DNA from: Alphaproteobacteria bacterium
Lineage (GTDB): Bacteria > Pseudomonadota > Alphaproteobacteria > MPNO01 > UBA830
NCBI GenBank assembly: GCA_965243135.1
Contig: OZ251539.1
Coordinates: forward strand, 544,001-608,000
Reading direction: 5' to 3'
DNA: 64,000 nt
This document shows positions 1 through 10,137 of the stretch, in pieces; position 1 is the first letter of the stretch, and every line of letters begins with the position of its first letter. Position numbers and translations under genes: made by a program. The notes beneath the pieces are model-generated. The model made no database searches and was not told the origin of the DNA. It saw nothing but the letters and a program-made list of their open reading frames with translations.

Positions 1-79
1 TGGCCGCAGCCCAGCACGGCGCCGCTTGAAGGAGCGCGCGCAGCCGGAAGAAGCGGAGAAGCCATTGCGGGAAAGCGTC

Positions 80-634
80 ATGATACGCAAGAAAACCTTC
101 ATGACTTTCAGAGAAGCGGAGAATTGCGGTCCCTACGACGAACGTCCCATGCTTCCGGACAACATCGATCCGCAGCTTCATTTGAGCCGAAACGACCGGC
201 CCCAGCCGTTTTTCCTGATATGCGAGAAAGACACTCTCCTCGTGCAGGTGTCGGGCAAAGGCCGCATAGAATTCCGCGACACCAACGTTCTCCAATATTC
301 CCTCGAGCCGGGAGATTTCATCTACGTTCCGGGCGGCGCGCCGCATCGAATCACGCCTGAGGAGGTCTCGATCAACTATCGATACAAGCCGCGGCAGCCC
401 GGACTCGAGGGCGTTGCGTGGTATTGCGGCGAATGCGGAAGGGAGATCCATCGCGAAATATGGGACACTGGCGAACGTCTTCCGCAGGAAGGTTATATCC
501 GCGCTTGCCGGAACTTCAACGCTTCGAAAGAGTTCAGAGCCTGCGCCGGATGCGGAGCGGCGCACGATCGGATCGATTTGGCGCCTTATCGATGGGAGCG
601 GCTTGCGGAGGAGTTGAGATCGCCGGATGCCTGA
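80..634 (+). CDS. 3-hydroxyanthranilate 3,4-dioxygenase-like cupin with rubredoxin-type Cys4 site
   Basis: Cupin motif IYVPGGAPHR, EGVAWYCGECG and CAGCG as in 3HAO; frame is open to the window edge so the start is uncertain. Confidence 0.6.
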   Translation: MIRKKTFMTFREAENCGPYDERPMLPDNIDPQLHLSRNDRPQPFFLICEKDTLLVQVSGKGRIEFRDTNVLQYSLEPGDFIYVPGGAPHRITPEEVSINYRYKPRQPGLEGVAWYCGECGREIHREIWDTGERLPQEGYIRACRNFNASKEFRACAGCGAAHDRIDLAPYRWERLAEELRSPDA

Positions 635-1469
635 ATTCCGAACTGCATTCCCGGATTCCGAACGAGGCAACGCCGCAAAGCGGAACCGCGAAGCAGGAAT
701 AACGATCCACGACCTGACCATGAGATTCGCCGGCGCCTCCGGCGAAATTCAAGCTCTCGACCATGTCAATCTGACGATAAAGGAGAACGAATTCCTGTGC
801 ATCGTCGGTCCCAGCGGTTGCGGAAAGACGACGCTTTTACGCATTCTGGCCGGGTTGGAGGTCCAGACTTCCGGATCGGTGCGTTTCGTCATCGATGCGA
901 CGCAACGTCCCCTTCAGTCGATGGTGTTCCAGGAGCAGGGAATATTTCCATGGTTCACCGTGCTCGACAACGCCGCTTACGGACTTGCCGTAAGGCGGAT
1001 TCCAAAGAAGAAACGTTACGCCCGCGCTCGCGAATGTCTTCGAAAACTCGACCTTTCCGCGTTCGAGAGAGCGTATCCGCATGAACTTTCGGGCGGAATG
1101 CTGCAACGCGTCAACCTCGCGCGCGCTTTCGTCAACGATCCTGCCGTGTTGCTGATGGACGAGCCGCTGGGGGCGCTCGACGAGCAGACCAAGATGCTCG
1201 TTCAGGCGGATCTGTTGAAGTTATGGGAAAGCGCAAGGAAGACCGTTCTCTTCATCACGCACAGCCTTGACGAGGCGATCGTTCTCGGCGATCGGGTTGC
1301 GGTCATGAGCAAGAGGCCCGGCGTAATCAAGACGATCGTTCCGATCGACCTGAAGCGGCCGCGAGATGCGCTGGAACTCCGCAATGACCAGCGCTTCATG
1401 TCCCTCAGGCGAACCTTATGGGAGGCGTTGAGATCCGAGGTTTCACGGGATGAAACGAGGCGTCCCTGA
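627..1469 (+). CDS. NitT/TauT-family ABC transporter ATP-binding protein
   Basis: Walker A GPSGCGKT, LSGGM signature, LLMDEP, FITHS. Confidence 0.92.
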   Translation: MPEFRTAFPDSERGNAAKRNREAGITIHDLTMRFAGASGEIQALDHVNLTIKENEFLCIVGPSGCGKTTLLRILAGLEVQTSGSVRFVIDATQRPLQSMVFQEQGIFPWFTVLDNAAYGLAVRRIPKKKRYARARECLRKLDLSAFERAYPHELSGGMLQRVNLARAFVNDPAVLLMDEPLGALDEQTKMLVQADLLKLWESARKTVLFITHSLDEAIVLGDRVAVMSKRPGVIKTIVPIDLKRPRDALELRNDQRFMSLRRTLWEALRSEVSRDETRRP

Positions 1470-2227
1470 TGACGAGCGGAGAACGGGCGCTTGCCGTCGC
1501 GAGCCCCGCGGCGGTCTTTCTGTTCTGGGAGCTGCTGGCGGCAGCGGACTTGATCGACGTTCGGGTTTTGCCCGCGCCGACCACCGTTCTTTCGACGATG
1601 TTCGTGATGTTTCGGGACGAAGGCCTTTTGGATCAGACCGTGTCGACCGCGGTTCGATTTGCAGCCGGGATGGTTGTCGGGGTCGTGCCGGGCGTTCTGA
1701 TCGGCCTCACCATGGGTTTGTTCAAGTGGGTGCGGGCCGTTGCGAATCCGCTTGTGGGCTTGTTTTACCCGATACCGCGCATCGCGCTGTTTCCGCTCGT
1801 GCTCATACTCGTCGGGATCAACGAGACGTCGAACGTGATCATGATCGCTCTGGGACCGTTTTTCACGATGCTGATATCGGCGATGTACGCAGTTTTGAAT
1901 ATCGATCAGATATATCGGGACGTCGCTCGAAATTTTCGGACCGGAACCTTTCACCTATACGCGATGGTGACATTTCCGGCATCTCTGCCGGCGCTCATGA
2001 GCGGCCTTCGCATATCGGTCGGTCTGGGTCTGCTCGGCACCGTGGCCGTGGAGTTCCTTGTCGGGGATTCGGGCCTCGGCCACGTAATCTGGAACAGTTG
2101 GCAGGTTCTGTCTTTGCAACGTTCAATGGCGGGGCTCGTCGTTTCCGCCGTATTCGGCTTCGGAGTGTATCTGTCGATGGATCTCCTGGAACGCAGTCTG
2201 GTTCCCTGGAAACAGGGTTCGAGCTAG
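1469..2227 (+). CDS. NitT/TauT-family ABC transporter permease
   Basis: Multi-TM protein with EAA-like loop, coupled to the ATPase by TGATG overlap. Confidence 0.9.
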   Translation: MTSGERALAVASPAAVFLFWELLAAADLIDVRVLPAPTTVLSTMFVMFRDEGLLDQTVSTAVRFAAGMVVGVVPGVLIGLTMGLFKWVRAVANPLVGLFYPIPRIALFPLVLILVGINETSNVIMIALGPFFTMLISAMYAVLNIDQIYRDVARNFRTGTFHLYAMVTFPASLPALMSGLRISVGLGLLGTVAVEFLVGDSGLGHVIWNSWQVLSLQRSMAGLVVSAVFGFGVYLSMDLLERSLVPWKQGSS

Positions 2228-2420
2228 AAATGAATATCCGGAGAAGCTTGGCGAAGCGTCGCTGCCCGGCGTCGAGGCGAGGACGAACGTGCGCGAATGA
2301 ATCGACGGTCTACGCTATCGTCGGTCGCGCAATGGAAGCTGCGCCCGCGCCTTTGACCGGTCAGGAGAGAGCCGGAGACGCAATGCGCAACGTACTTTGG
2401 AAACAACATGGAGAGAAGCA

Positions 2421-3446
2421 ATGAAAGCCAGATTTGCAGCCGTCGCCCTGATCGCCGCTTTGCAGGCGTTCGGAGCGCAGGCGTTCGCTCAATCGGGCGC
2501 GAATGTCGTCAAGACTTCGATCAACCCGCTCGTCTACAGCTATCTTCCGATTTTCATCGCTGTCGACAAGGGTTATTTCAAGGAACAGGGTCTCGACGTT
2601 CAGATCGACACCTATCGCGGTTCTTCCGTCACTCAGGTGCCGTTGCTGGCGCGAGGAGACCTCGATATCGCGCCGATGGTCATGGGGCCCGGCATGTTCA
2701 ACCAGCATTCGGAGGGATTCGATCTGAAGATCGTCGCTTCGATTGCAGGATCGAATCCGGCATGGAGCGACACGAGTTGGATAATGGTGAGGTCCGACGT
2801 CTGGTCGGCCAAACCGCTTTCGGAGATCGGGGATTTGAAAGGCCTCTCGATCGACGGCGGCCCCCTCGGGTCGCCTGTCAATCTCCTGATTCGGGAAGCC
2901 TTGCGCAAGGCGGGGCTCAAGCTGACGGATGTGCGGTATTCCGAGAAGTTCAGATCTCCGCCGGACTGGATCGCGGCGTTCAAGAACAAGGCGATCGACG
3001 TGCTTGCCGCGGTCGAACCGATCGTCACGATGCTGGAAGCGCAGGGGTTGGCGAAACGCTGGAAGTCCTACAAGGACGCGGTGCCCTGGTTTCAGGAAAC
3101 GTACTTCGCCGCGTCTCCCGGCTTTCTGAAATCCAAACGCGACGCGGCGCGGCGTTTTCTTGCCGCCTATCTCAAAGCCGCGGTCGAGGTAAACGCGACG
3201 GCCGGAAAGTGGACGCCGGAGATGCTCGAAACGGTGACGAAGTGGTCGAAATTGCCGGCCAAGATCATAGGAAAGATTCCCGGACCTGCTTTCGTCGGCT
3301 ATCTCGGGGCCGTCGACGTTTCCGCAATCGAGCGCCAGCAGCGGATATGGATCAAGCACGGAGCCGTGAAACAGCGCGTTGACGTTGCCGATCTGGTCGA
3401 TTCGACCATATTGGCGGATGCCCGCAAGGCGGCGGGGATCAAGTGA
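2421..3446 (+). CDS. NMT1/SsuA-like ABC substrate-binding protein
   Basis: Signal peptide, LPIFIAVDKGYFKEQGLDV motif, RBS GGAGAG. Confidence 0.88.
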   Translation: MKARFAAVALIAALQAFGAQAFAQSGANVVKTSINPLVYSYLPIFIAVDKGYFKEQGLDVQIDTYRGSSVTQVPLLARGDLDIAPMVMGPGMFNQHSEGFDLKIVASIAGSNPAWSDTSWIMVRSDVWSAKPLSEIGDLKGLSIDGGPLGSPVNLLIREALRKAGLKLTDVRYSEKFRSPPDWIAAFKNKAIDVLAAVEPIVTMLEAQGLAKRWKSYKDAVPWFQETYFAASPGFLKSKRDAARRFLAAYLKAAVEVNATAGKWTPEMLETVTKWSKLPAKIIGKIPGPAFVGYLGAVDVSAIERQQRIWIKHGAVKQRVDVADLVDSTILADARKAAGIK

Positions 3447-3863
3447 CCTTGACGGTTTCGAATCGTCGAACGACATGTCCGCACTGTCAGGGGAATGATC
3501 GTTCGGGATCTTCAGCGGGTCTGCGCGCATAGACAGTGACGGCGGCGTAACGGGCGACCGGCCGGGCAGATCTCGTTTGCCTGCGGCGAAGGCGGGCGGA
3601 GCGCCGAGTTGCTTTACGCGCGTTTCCGCCCGGCCGCGAGCGCGTTGCTGGCCGGCCGGCTTCGGTAGCGAACTCCCGAACGGCACCGGCATTGTTCGGG
3701 GACCATGCATGGCCGCTCTTTGCGGCGGCCGGATATCGCTCCTCCCCTGCGCCGCGGCGAGGAAGGACGAACCGGGATGCTGGTCCGCGTTGTTCGTCAC
3801 CCAGCCGTCTGGTCAACCCCCAGCGGCGCGTCCCCGAGGCCCGAAACCGAGTCGATAGGGGGA

Positions 3864-4583
3864 TTATTCCGCCGCCGTCCTCGCCGCGCTGTCCGTCGCG
3901 GGCCGTTCGAACAGCGACGCGACATGAAACCCCCGGCGCTTCAGGTTCGCGCGGAACTCCTCGAGAAAGTTGGGCGCGACCGCGCCGGTCACGGTTTCGT
4001 TGGCGAGCAGCGCGCGGGTCCACGCCTCGACCAGGGGAAAGGAGTCGAGCGCGCCGGTCCGAAGGTATCCGTCCGCGATGTCGAGGCGCTGCAGGAACGG
4101 CGCGTAGGCCGCGTCGACGAGGCACAGCTCGCCGCCGTTGAAGTAAGGGCCGTCGTTGCCGCGCTCCCGGCCTATCGCGTCCTCGAGCCGCTGCAGCGAT
4201 TTGCGGGCGGCGGCCAGGCCCCGCTCGGTCTCGTCCCGGGTCTTGGTGTAGTAGATCCCGGAAAGAGCCTTCGAAAAGTCCGGAACGAAATCCGTCCAGG
4301 CCCGGTTGCGGGCGCGCTTGACCGGGTCTTCGGGATGAAGCCGGGGCGGCACGGTTTCGTCGAGATACTCGGCGATCGCGTTGGATTCGAACAGGACCTC
4401 GTCGTCCACTTCGAGGACCGGCACCTTGCCGTGCGGCGAGATCTCGAGAAACCAGGAAGGCTTGTTCCGCAGGTCGACGTAGGTGACGTCGAACGCCACT
4501 TTCTTTGCGCGCATGGCGATCACGGCGCGCTGGACCCAAGGTCAGGTGAACGAGCTGACCAGATGGTATCTTCTGACGGACAT
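3864..4583 (-). CDS. Glutathione S-transferase, probable selenoprotein (Sec14)
   Basis: ATG at 4583 gives MSVRRYHLVSSFT-TGA-PWVQRAVIAM in frame with the GST ORF (SPHGKVPVL, LFESNAIAEYLDE); TGA sits at the catalytic C of the CPWVQR-type motif. Confidence 0.85.
4507..4530 (-). promoter_or_regulatory. Putative bacterial SECIS hairpin
   Basis: GCGCGC-C-GUG-AUCGC-CAU-GCGCGC stem-loop starting after an 11-nt spacer 3' of the UGA (4542-4544). Confidence 0.6.
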
Positions 4584-4595
4584 GGCGCGGCCGCC

Positions 4596-4820
4596 TCAGA
4601 CCGAAGCGGCCGGAGGCAGGTCGTCCTCCAGGATGGCGATGTGCAGCGCGTAGGACACTTCGCCTTCCTCGTCGTCGCGGTAAAGCGTGCCGAGCAGTTC
4701 GTCTCCAAGGTTGACCTCGACGGTCGCGTTGGGATGCGTCGGCTGCAGAATTCTGATGCGGTCGTTGGAAAAAATCAGGCGCAGGTACTCCTGCACGCGC
4801 GTAATCTCGTTAAGCGTCAT
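4596..4820 (-). CDS. DUF3126-family protein
   Basis: 74-aa protein with LGTLYRDDEEGEVSYALHIAILEDDL motif typical of this alphaproteobacterial family. Confidence 0.8.
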   Translation of the reverse strand: MTLNEITRVQEYLRLIFSNDRIRILQPTHPNATVEVNLGDELLGTLYRDDEEGEVSYALHIAILEDDLPPAASV

Positions 4821-4968
4821 GGCGCGCTCCGGAAGGGCGAAAGTCCGGGAAGAATACCGCCGTCGCGGCGGAATCGCAAGCCTGCGGTTCGCGACGCGCG
4901 CGGTTCTGGACAAGGCGGAATTTTCGTAGGATGATCCATCGACCCAAACGGCACAGGGAGGATTTCGC

Positions 4969-6036
4969 ATGACCCGCAAAGCCATTCAGCCCTTCGTCCG
5001 CAATGCCTGGTATATCGGCGCCTGGTCGGAGGAACTCGACGACGGCCTCGTCGCTCGGACGATCATGAACCAGCCCCTCGTTCTCTACCGCGACGCGGAG
5101 GGCCGTCCGGGCGCGCTCGAAGACCGTTGCTGCCACCGCGGCGCGCCGTTGACCCACGGCACGATCGTCGAAGCCGGGCTTCAGTGCGGTTACCACGGGC
5201 TGACCTTCGACACGGGCGGCAAGTGCGTCGCGGTCCCTGGGCAGAAGAACATCCCGCCCCAGGCGCGCGTTCGGAGCTATCCGGTGGTCGAACGCGACCA
5301 GATCCTGTGGATCTGGACCGGCGATCCGGCGTTGGCCGACGAGAGCGCGATCGTCGATTACCCCTATCACGATCAGTCGGACAAGTGGCCGCACCGCAAG
5401 GCCATGTTCCAGATCAAGGCGAACTACATGCTGATGATCGACAACCTGATGGACCTGACGCATCTGGGCTACGTGCACCGCCACACCATCGGCGGCAATC
5501 CGGGCCATCATGTCGCCGCGCAGATGGAAACGCGCCAGACCGACGAAGGGGCGTATTTCATCCGCTGGATGATGGATCACGAACCGCCGCCGACCTACAA
5601 GAAGGGCGGCAAGTTCGACGGCAAGGTCGATCGCTGGCAGGAGTTCGAATACGTCGGCCCCAGCATCGTGCTGCAATGGTCGGGCGCGCTGAAGGCCGGC
5701 GCGGGCGCCCGGGAGAACCGCGATCAGGAAGGTTTCCATCTGCGGCTGCTTCACGGGGCGACGCCCGAGACCGAGACCACGTTCCACTACTTCTGGTCGA
5801 CGGCCAACGGCTACCGCCAGGACGATCCCCAGGCGACCCAGGAGATGTACGACGAGATCTACCCGACCTTCATCGAGGACAAGGAGATCATGGAGGCGCA
5901 ACAGGCGCGGGTGAATCTCGATCCGGATCGCGACCTGGTGGAAATCCATGCCGACGGCGCCTTGTCGCTGGCCCGGCTGTCGCTCGACAAGCTCGTCGCC
6001 CGGGACGGCGGCGCCTACGCGCAGGCGGCGGAATAG
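4969..6036 (+). CDS. Rieske non-heme iron oxygenase alpha subunit (VanA-like)
   Basis: CCHR...CGYHG Rieske motif, DNLMDLTHLGYVH mononuclear Fe motif. Confidence 0.92.
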   Translation: MTRKAIQPFVRNAWYIGAWSEELDDGLVARTIMNQPLVLYRDAEGRPGALEDRCCHRGAPLTHGTIVEAGLQCGYHGLTFDTGGKCVAVPGQKNIPPQARVRSYPVVERDQILWIWTGDPALADESAIVDYPYHDQSDKWPHRKAMFQIKANYMLMIDNLMDLTHLGYVHRHTIGGNPGHHVAAQMETRQTDEGAYFIRWMMDHEPPPTYKKGGKFDGKVDRWQEFEYVGPSIVLQWSGALKAGAGARENRDQEGFHLRLLHGATPETETTFHYFWSTANGYRQDDPQATQEMYDEIYPTFIEDKEIMEAQQARVNLDPDRDLVEIHADGALSLARLSLDKLVARDGGAYAQAAE

Positions 6037-6097
6037 CGCGGGCGGCTCGTCTGCCGGAAGGGCGAGAGCCGCCCTTCCGCGACGTCCCGGCTGGCGG

Positions 6098-6616
6098 TCA
6101 GGGTCTCCAGCCGTTCTCGAACGCGGCGAGAACGATGCGCGCGCAGGCCTCGGCGTCGGAGCCGGCCTCGTGATGCGCGAGCGGAATGCTCAGATGTTCG
6201 CAAACGTCGGGAAGCGTGGTCGGACGGATGTCCCACACGCTTCTCGCGACTTGCATGGTGCAGACGAACTCGCGGCCGGGAGTTGGAATGCCGGAGGTTG
6301 CGCAGCAAGCGCCGAGCACGCTGCGGTCGAAAGGCGCGTTGTGGGCCGCGAAAAAGTCCAAGCCTTCCAGCAGCGGGGAGAGATCCTGCCATACATCGCC
6401 GAACGCAGGTTCCTTCCTGACGTCTTTCCACCGGAGGCCGTGAACGTGCGTATTGGTGAAATAGCTGTCGGGCGGGCGGATCAGGCGGCTCTGAAGATCC
6501 GCCATTCTGCCGTCGCGCACGATGGCGAGTCCGATCGCGCACGCGCTGTCGCGGTTGGAGTTGGCGGTTTCGAAGTCGATCGCCGCGAAGTCTGCAATCC
6601 GCGTCCGTCGCGCCAT
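6098..6616 (-). CDS. DEDDh 3'-5' exonuclease (DnaQ-like)
   Basis: IDFETAN, AHNAPFD, HHEAGSDA motifs. Confidence 0.9.
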   Translation of the reverse strand: MARRTRIADFAAIDFETANSNRDSACAIGLAIVRDGRMADLQSRLIRPPDSYFTNTHVHGLRWKDVRKEPAFGDVWQDLSPLLEGLDFFAAHNAPFDRSVLGACCATSGIPTPGREFVCTMQVARSVWDIRPTTLPDVCEHLSIPLAHHEAGSDAEACARIVLAAFENGWRP

Positions 6617-6720
6617 GGCTCTGGCCTCCTGAATGCGTCCGGGCCCGGCTCCCGCCGCGCGAGGGGCCAAGGATCGAAAGAAGCGTCCTCGGCGCCGGGC
6701 CGAACGGCAGGAGCGAGTCC

Positions 6721-7773
6721 GTGAAGTTCGGACTATTCTACCTGCCGACGTATCTGCCCGATTCGCGGAACGTGCATGAGCATATGCACAACATCGTCGA
6801 ACAAGTCGAATTCGCGGACCGCGTCGGCATCGACTATGCGTGGATGGTCGAACATCACTTCGTGCGTCACGGCGGCTTCCTGCCCGCTCATTACGCTTTT
6901 CTTTCCTATCTGGCGGCGCGGACGCGGAACATTCGCCTCGGAACCGGAGCGACGGTTCTGCCGCTCAACGACCCGGTCCGCGTCGCCGAACAGGCGGCGA
7001 CCCTCGACCATCTATCGAAGGGGCGACTGGATTTCGGGGTCGGGCGCGGCTTCGTTCGCGACGAGTTCGACGCTTTCGGGGTGCCGATGAGGGAAAGCCG
7101 CGAGCGCGTGGAGGAGGGCGTGGATCTGATCCTCAAGGCGTGGACCGGAGAGCCGTTCGAATTCGAATCGAAGTTTCGGCCGAGAATGTCGGGGCTCAGG
7201 GTGCTGCCGCCAGCCTATCAGAAACCGCATCCGCCGATCTGGAACGCCTGCCTGATGTCTCCCGAAAGTTTCGAATGGACCGCGCGGGAAGGCCACAACC
7301 TGCTTTATGTCGCCTATCACGTCGACCATCCGGTGGCGGCGGAGCGGATTGGCTGGTACCGGGACGCGCTCGCCAAATACGGTCGGCAGGGCCGCGAAAT
7401 CTGTTGCGTCTACCATGCGCATTTTCTGGCCGAGGAGGACGACGAGGCGCTCAAGACCGTCGTCGACGGCCCGATGGCCGAGTACGCCCGCGCCGGGGTC
7501 GAGGCGGCGAGCAGGCCTCCGGATCCGGAGGCGTACAAGGGCTACCAGCGCCGAGAGGCGGGCCAGCAGGAACTCGATTTCGAGCGGTATTTCCCCGGCC
7601 GCGTATTGATGGGCGGACCGGAGCAGGCGCTCGAGCGCATCGCGGTCTTGCGCGACATCGGAATCACGCAGATCGCGTTGCTCGTCGATTTCGGCTCGCT
7701 CGAGCAGGAGAAAATCATGCGTTCGCTCGAAGTCTTCGCCTTCGACATCTTGCCGCGCGCTCAAGAAATGTGA
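6721..7773 (+). CDS. LLM-class flavin-dependent oxidoreductase
   Basis: WMVEHHF, PVRVAEQAATLDHLSKGRLDFGVGRG. Confidence 0.92.
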   Translation: MKFGLFYLPTYLPDSRNVHEHMHNIVEQVEFADRVGIDYAWMVEHHFVRHGGFLPAHYAFLSYLAARTRNIRLGTGATVLPLNDPVRVAEQAATLDHLSKGRLDFGVGRGFVRDEFDAFGVPMRESRERVEEGVDLILKAWTGEPFEFESKFRPRMSGLRVLPPAYQKPHPPIWNACLMSPESFEWTAREGHNLLYVAYHVDHPVAAERIGWYRDALAKYGRQGREICCVYHAHFLAEEDDEALKTVVDGPMAEYARAGVEAASRPPDPEAYKGYQRREAGQQELDFERYFPGRVLMGGPEQALERIAVLRDIGITQIALLVDFGSLEQEKIMRSLEVFAFDILPRAQEM

Positions 7774-8333
7774 GCCGCGGGGCGCCTCGCGACAAAGCGT
7801 TCCGGTCGACGAAGCTCTCCTCTGCGTGATCTTGGAGCGCGCGCCGATTCCGGGGCATGACGCGCCGTCCGTCCGCCTCGGTCATGCGGACGGCGGCCGC
7901 AAAGCGTTGCGGAACGTCCGGACGCCGTCGGCGTCATCGCCGTCGGGGCCAGCCGCTCCAGCCGCAGTGGCCCGGCGGCACCCGGCGCCCTTCGGTTCCG
8001 AAGCAATGTCCGCATCGCCTTGCAATCGGGTCACGCCCAAGACCGGAGGGACGACGAGTTCCGCTACGTTCCGTCTTCGGCGCTTTCGGCGGACGCCCGC
8101 GCCGACGGGCGCTGCGTTTGCGCATCCGCTCGGTTCGAAGTACAAACCCCGCCGTGCTCCGTTGCAGGGATCGCGAGATCCCCACGGATACGGGGAGCGC
8201 TCCGCGCCGCCCCGGCAACCCCGCTTTCCGGGACGCGCTCCCGGAAGGCTTTCCGGCCGCCGACGAACGCGGCTACCGACCCGCTTCCGCCGCCGACAAA
8301 CGCGACAATCGAAGCGACGAAAGGAGAGAGAAC

Positions 8334-9911
8334 ATGTGCGCAGCGATTTTGGAGATGCCGGGCATGGCATCCGAATTGATCGTCGATCTGCGAGGCACCC
8401 TCGACTGGCTCAAGCAGGAAGGAGATTTGATCGAGACCGACGCCGAAGTGGATCCGGATCTCGAGATCACCGCGATCCAGAAGAACCTGGACGGCGGCTG
8501 TCCGATCCTCTTCAACAACGTCAAGGACAAGCCCAATCATCGCGTCGTCACCAATCTGTTCGCCGACATGAACGTCATCAACAAGATGTTTGGCTGGAAG
8601 GACGACACCGACCGCACCCGCAAGCTGGCCTGGGCTCTGGAGCATCCGCTCGCGCCGGTCGAGATCGGCGGCGACGAGGCGCCGTGCCAGGAGGTGGTGA
8701 TCGAGAACCCGGCCGACGTCAACGAATTCATGGTTCCCATCCGTCACACCGAATACGAACCGGAACTGACCGTGGGCTCGGGCAACCGGGTCGTCGCCGG
8801 AAAGTATTTCGATGGCGGCACGGACCTCGGCTACAACCGCATGAACTTCCGCTGGGGCAACGTGGGCACGTTCCAGATCTCGCCCGGCTCGCATATGTGG
8901 CAGGTGGTTTCGAAGCATTACAAGGACGACGAGCCGGTGCCGATCACCATGTGCTTCGGCCTGCCGCCGAGCTGCACGCTGATGGCGGGAGCGGGTTTCA
9001 ACTACGTGATCCTGCCGCAGGGCTGCGACGAAATCGGGATCGCCGGCGCGGTGCAGGGCCAGCCCGTGCGCCTCGTGAAGGCGCGCACGGTCGACGCCTA
9101 CGCGGTCGCCGACAGCGAGGTCGTGCTCGAAGGCTACGTCAATCCGCGCGACCGGCGTTACGAGACCGCCGAGTCCGAAGAGGCGGGGGTTCAGGGCCGC
9201 TTCCACTTCCATCCCGAATGGGCCGGCTACATGGGCAAGGCGTACAAGGCGCCCACCTTCCACGTCACCGCGGTCACGATGCGCCGGCAGGAAACGAAGC
9301 CGATCATCTTCGCGCTGGGCGTGCACACCCTCGACGACCACAATATCGACACCACGGTTCGCGAGGCCGCCATGTTCGCCCTGTGCGAGCGCATGCAGCC
9401 CGGCATCATCCAGGACGTCGTCATTCCGTACTGCATGACGGATTGGGGCGGAGCCGTCATCCAGGTCAAGAAGCGCAACAAGATCGACGAGGGCTGGCAG
9501 CGCAATTTCATGTCCGCCATCCTGTCGACCTCGCAGGGATCGCGGATCTGTTTCGCCGTGTCCGACGACGCCGATCCCTACGACATGGACGACATCATGT
9601 GGAACCTCACCACGCGAGTGAATCCGCACACCGACATTCTGAATCCGATCCCCGGCGGGCGCGGCCAGACCTTCATGCCGGCGGAGCGCATGACGGCCGG
9701 CGAGAAGGAATGGACGGCGTCCAACACCCGTTTCGAGGGCGGCATGGGCATCGACGCCACGGTTCCGTTCGGCTTCGAGAGCGATTTCATGAGGCCGGTC
9801 TACGCGGTGGACAAGGTCGCGTTGTCGAAGTGGTTCGACGACGGCCAGATCGCGAACGCCAAGGGCCGCATGAAGGGGTGGGTGCAGAGCCTGGCGCGGA
9901 CCGGGCGTTAA
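8334..9911 (+). CDS. UbiD-family (prFMN-dependent) decarboxylase
   Basis: EVDPDLEITAI, PILFNNVK, EVVLEG, GMGIDAT motifs; RBS AAGGAG before ATG 8334 (start could be slightly downstream). Confidence 0.88.
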   Translation: MCAAILEMPGMASELIVDLRGTLDWLKQEGDLIETDAEVDPDLEITAIQKNLDGGCPILFNNVKDKPNHRVVTNLFADMNVINKMFGWKDDTDRTRKLAWALEHPLAPVEIGGDEAPCQEVVIENPADVNEFMVPIRHTEYEPELTVGSGNRVVAGKYFDGGTDLGYNRMNFRWGNVGTFQISPGSHMWQVVSKHYKDDEPVPITMCFGLPPSCTLMAGAGFNYVILPQGCDEIGIAGAVQGQPVRLVKARTVDAYAVADSEVVLEGYVNPRDRRYETAESEEAGVQGRFHFHPEWAGYMGKAYKAPTFHVTAVTMRRQETKPIIFALGVHTLDDHNIDTTVREAAMFALCERMQPGIIQDVVIPYCMTDWGGAVIQVKKRNKIDEGWQRNFMSAILSTSQGSRICFAVSDDADPYDMDDIMWNLTTRVNPHTDILNPIPGGRGQTFMPAERMTAGEKEWTASNTRFEGGMGIDATVPFGFESDFMRPVYAVDKVALSKWFDDGQIANAKGRMKGWVQSLARTGR

Positions 9912-9916
9912 AGAAG

Positions 9917-9943
9917 GAGGGGGCCGCGAGGCTCCCTCTTTTT
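9917..9943 (+). terminator. Intrinsic terminator after the ubiD-like gene
   Basis: GAGGGGGCC-GCGA-GGCTCCCTC hairpin followed by TTTTT. Confidence 0.8.
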
Positions 9944-10137
9944 CCGGCAGGCGGCGCGCTTGCGCCGCATTTTCGACGGCCGCGGCTGAACCGAGCGCGT
10001 CTCGTTCTCGCGCCCGGCGAAATCGCGCTCGCCAGCGTTCCTTCGAGTCGCTGCAAAATTTTGCGAACCAAGAGAGCGTCCATGTATCATGCATCCCTGC
10101 CGGGCGTCTCGAACGCCGCCGCCGGGGAGATACGGAA

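Noticed and set aside
3864-4523. GST starting at GTG 4523 as in the ORF track, or a nonsense pseudogene
   Set aside because: That start removes the catalytic N-terminal motif; the stop falls exactly on the Cys position with a downstream hairpin, favouring Sec
7774-8333. Long intergenic region as riboswitch or ncRNA, or N-terminal extension of UbiD
   Set aside because: Only short GC hairpins and no recognisable RNA motif; the extension looks non-coding and a good RBS precedes 8334
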